Shown here: positions 61,160 to 64,000 of the stretch, piece by piece | How positions within the stretch are numbered: position 1 is the stretch's first letter | Layout: each line of letters opens with the position of its first letter | From: Nitrospinota bacterium | GTDB lineage: Bacteria > Nitrospinota > Nitrospinia > Nitrospinales > VA-1 | Length of the DNA: 64,000 nt | Assembly: GCA_038108555.1 (NCBI GenBank) | Contig: JAYNIA010000004.1 | Location: 32,001 to 96,000 of the forward strand | Direction of reading: 5' to 3' | Position numbers and translations under genes: made by a program | The notes under the pieces: model-generated | What the model was told of the DNA's origin: nothing | The model's input: only the letters and a program-made list of their open reading frames with translations | Database searches by the model: none

Positions 61160-63430
61160 TTAGAAAGCGCTGCCCGCAGAAAAATGGAATTGCCCAGTTT
61201 CTTCTCCGGTTCTGCGATCAATTTTGATACCGTAGGCAAAACCAAGTGGGCCGAAAGGACTGATGAAGCGAAAACCTGCGCCTATACTATTTCTCATTTC
61301 GGTCAAATCAAAATTGTTGGACGTGCCGCCTAAATCGGTACCCGATCCATATACATTACCTCTGTCATAGAAAACAAAACCTCGTAATGATTTGGTGAAG
61401 GGGTACTGGAGTTCCACGTTCAGGAGAAGAGCCTGATTTCCCCCAACCGGGTCTCCACTGGCGTCTTTTGGACCAACATCTTGTATTGTAAAACCTCTCA
61501 GCGACGTCGGGCCACCCATGAAATATCTTTCGAAAGCAGGAAGAGTATCCCCGCTATAGCCATCCGCATAATTGATTCTTGCATGCGCCGCTCCCACAAG
61601 TTTTCCAATTAAGGGCTGGTAATAGGTAATCTCATACATAGAGCGGAAAAACTTTACACCACCTAACCCGCCAAGATCGGATGTTACCACATGCCTCCAC
61701 CCCTTGGAAGGGTTTAAAAAATTGTCGCGGCTATCATAGATATAAGTTGGTGTGACTCGACTGGTTGTACGAGTTTCATTTTTAAGAAATTCGGTGGCAT
61801 CATTGGGAGAAACCCCTGTGACTTCAACGTTTTGGTATCTATACCCCATCGTTACGGTTTCATATTCCGTAATATTTTTCCCCAGCCTCAGTCCTCCACC
61901 TGTAGATAGAGAGTCAAAACTCAAGAAGTCCTGATCCGTATTGAATGCATCGATCCCCAAAGAAATTTCGGAGTCGAATAAACGGGGTTCTGTAAAACTA
62001 AGGTTAAAATCTGCCCGGATTGATGACAAAGAAGCGGTCAGGTTAACGCGGTGTCCGTTTCCAAATAAATTATCCTGAGCAATTGAGGTCGTAAAAATAA
62101 GATTTTCAACGGAACTGAAACCCGCCCCTACCGTAAATGATCCCGTAGGTTTTTCTGTTACGGTAGCAAGAATATCTATCAGGTCGGGGTTTTCTCCCCT
62201 TTGAGTATCGATCTTGACATCTTCAAAATAATTCAGATTATTGATTCGTTGCTTACTACGCTTTAACTTTGAACCATCAAACACTTCACCTTCTTTTAAT
62301 CTGAATTCACGCCGAATAACATTGTCCTTCGTTTTGATATTACCCAGCATGTTGATTTTTCCTACATAAACCTTTTTTCCTTTATCAATATCTATTGAAA
62401 GTTCAACGGTGCGGGTTTCGTCATTGATCTTTGTAATCGGGTTTGCATCGGCGTAGGCATAACCCTTTGTAGAATACAGATCAGTTACAGTTACAATATC
62501 CTGGCGAAGTTGGGATACATTGTAGATATCGCCCTTTTTGGTAACAAGGCTTTTTATAACCTCCTCGTGGGGAATGGTGTCATCGCCTTTAACTTCCAGA
62601 GACTTGATGCGGAACTGCGGACCTTCCTCTACAGGAATAATAATATGAATTTGCCGGGCTTTTTTATTGATATCAATCCGAGGCTCTAGAACCTTGACTC
62701 TTAAAAATCCGTGGTCCTGGTAAAAACCTTCTAATCTGAAAAGGTCCAGTTTCAGAATATCTTTTTGATACACACCCGAATCATCAAGCCAGGAATACCA
62801 GGTCTCTGCCTTGGTTTCCATATTCTCGGCAAGCTTATCATCCTCAAATGCTTTGTTACCGGAGAACCGGATCTTATCAATTTTTACCTTTTCTCCTTCA
62901 CGAATTCTAATAACAACATCGACAAGGTTGTCAGCTCCAAGATTGGTTTCGATACGCGTTTCGGCAAAAAAGTAACCTTTTTCTTCATAGGCCTTCAGGA
63001 TTTCTTTCTTACTCTCCTGAACCAGGTGCTCTTTAAAAGTTGCACCGCGCCTTAAACCAATTTTTTCTCGAATATCATTGTCTTCCAGTTTATTGTTTCC
63101 AAGAATCTGAACTTCATCAATGGATGGAATCTCTTCAACAATAAACACCACCTCAAGACCATCAAGACTTTCCTGGGTATCTACCTGGATATCCTTAAAT
63201 TGGCCCAGACTAAATATCTGCTCAATGTCTTTACGTATTATTGATTTGGAAAGGGTAGTACCTGGCTTGGATTGGATGTAGTAAAGAATAGTAGATTCAT
63301 CAATCCTTTTATTCCCTACGATTTTCAAGGATTCGATGATATCACCTTCTTGAGCTGACAATGGCAGACTCCAAACGACGAAAACCATCGTCAAAATAGC
63401 GACAATAATTTTGTTTAAAAATTTTGCCAT
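61160..63430 (-). CDS. bamA: Outer membrane protein assembly factor BamA
   Basis: POTRA repeats (GNKRI, GNNKL, GNKAF), LRGF motif, SPFGPL, terminal F. Confidence 0.96.
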   Translation of the reverse strand: MAKFLNKIIVAILTMVFVVWSLPLSAQEGDIIESLKIVGNKRIDESTILYYIQSKPGTTLSKSIIRKDIEQIFSLGQFKDIQVDTQESLDGLEVVFIVEEIPSIDEVQILGNNKLEDNDIREKIGLRRGATFKEHLVQESKKEILKAYEEKGYFFAETRIETNLGADNLVDVVIRIREGEKVKIDKIRFSGNKAFEDDKLAENMETKAETWYSWLDDSGVYQKDILKLDLFRLEGFYQDHGFLRVKVLEPRIDINKKARQIHIIIPVEEGPQFRIKSLEVKGDDTIPHEEVIKSLVTKKGDIYNVSQLRQDIVTVTDLYSTKGYAYADANPITKINDETRTVELSIDIDKGKKVYVGKINMLGNIKTKDNVIRREFRLKEGEVFDGSKLKRSKQRINNLNYFEDVKIDTQRGENPDLIDILATVTEKPTGSFTVGAGFSSVENLIFTTSIAQDNLFGNGHRVNLTASLSSIRADFNLSFTEPRLFDSEISLGIDAFNTDQDFLSFDSLSTGGGLRLGKNITEYETVTMGYRYQNVEVTGVSPNDATEFLKNETRTTSRVTPTYIYDSRDNFLNPSKGWRHVVTSDLGGLGGVKFFRSMYEITYYQPLIGKLVGAAHARINYADGYSGDTLPAFERYFMGGPTSLRGFTIQDVGPKDASGDPVGGNQALLLNVELQYPFTKSLRGFVFYDRGNVYGSGTDLGGTSNNFDLTEMRNSIGAGFRFISPFGPLGFAYGIKIDRRTGEETGQFHFSAGSAF

Positions 63431-63590
63431 TTTGCCAGAACTTACTGAAATTTTACGAGTTATAGTGATAAATTTGGGTCCCGAGTTTTAGCCAAAAAAA
63501 AGTATCAAGCTCCATTGGGCCAACCCCTTGAAACTTAATACTTTATTTTCTTTTATTCATTTGCGCTTTTGTTAAGCGAGAAAATATTTT

Positions 63591-64000
63591 TTATCCCACA
63601 TTAACTGCATCGGCCTTTTCTACAAATACCAGGCTGTCATCCTGCAGGCTCACCTCAATGAGACCCCCGTTTTTGAAACGGCCTTTTAGCATTTCATCTG
63701 ACAAAACATCTTCCAAATGTTTTTGAATGGCCCGTTTCAGAGGACGCGCACCGAAGTTAGGATCATATCCCTTTTCAGCAATCCACTGTTTTGCGCTTGG
63801 GGTTACATCCAAGGTAAGTCCCTGTTGAATGAGTTGCTCGTTCAAAGCTTGCAACTGGACATCAAGAATTTCAACGATATTGCTCAACTCTAATGGGCGG
63901 AAGACCACCGTCTCACTTAAGCGATTAAGGAACTCAGGATTGAAAGTTCTTTTCAAATCCTGCTTCAATTCCTTCTGCATTTTATCGTAGTTTAATTCGT
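63591..64000 (-). CDS. Clp ATPase (ClpC/ClpA/ClpB family), C-terminal part
   Basis: FNPEFLNRL, GYDPNFGARPLKRAIQ; runs off the window edge. Confidence 0.9.
   Translation of the reverse strand, partial: ELNYDKMQKELKQDLKRTFNPEFLNRLSETVVFRPLELSNIVEILDVQLQALNEQLIQQGLTLDVTPSAKQWIAEKGYDPNFGARPLKRAIQKHLEDVLSDEMLKGRFKNGGLIEVSLQDDSLVFVEKADAVNVG

Overview
This is a bacterial chromosomal window, mostly housekeeping. The gene mix (shc and an HpnN-like transporter, glnB-glnA-glnE, bamA-skp-fabZ-lpxA-Gfo/Idh/MocA-lpxI-lpxB, cimA, argC-argJ) and the protein style suggest Nitrospinota or a related lineage; that is an inference I could not test here. The first ~8 kb are accessory: small unlinked genes separated by several families of short REP-like repeats. 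Best candidate for a new system: a DUF3800 (RNase H-like) gene faced by a near-consensus sigma70 promoter that would start a compact G-U-rich hairpin RNA just past the gene's 3' end. Other highlights are a covarying 39-42 bp mini-element nested in other REP hairpins, an ApgM-like protein lacking its metal ligands next to aspartate kinase, a dual-PAS chemoreceptor split by one in-frame TGA, a WYL operator, and sigma54/NtrC-like sites. I saw no CRISPR array, rRNA, tRNA or transposase. All product calls come from motif recognition, not database searches.
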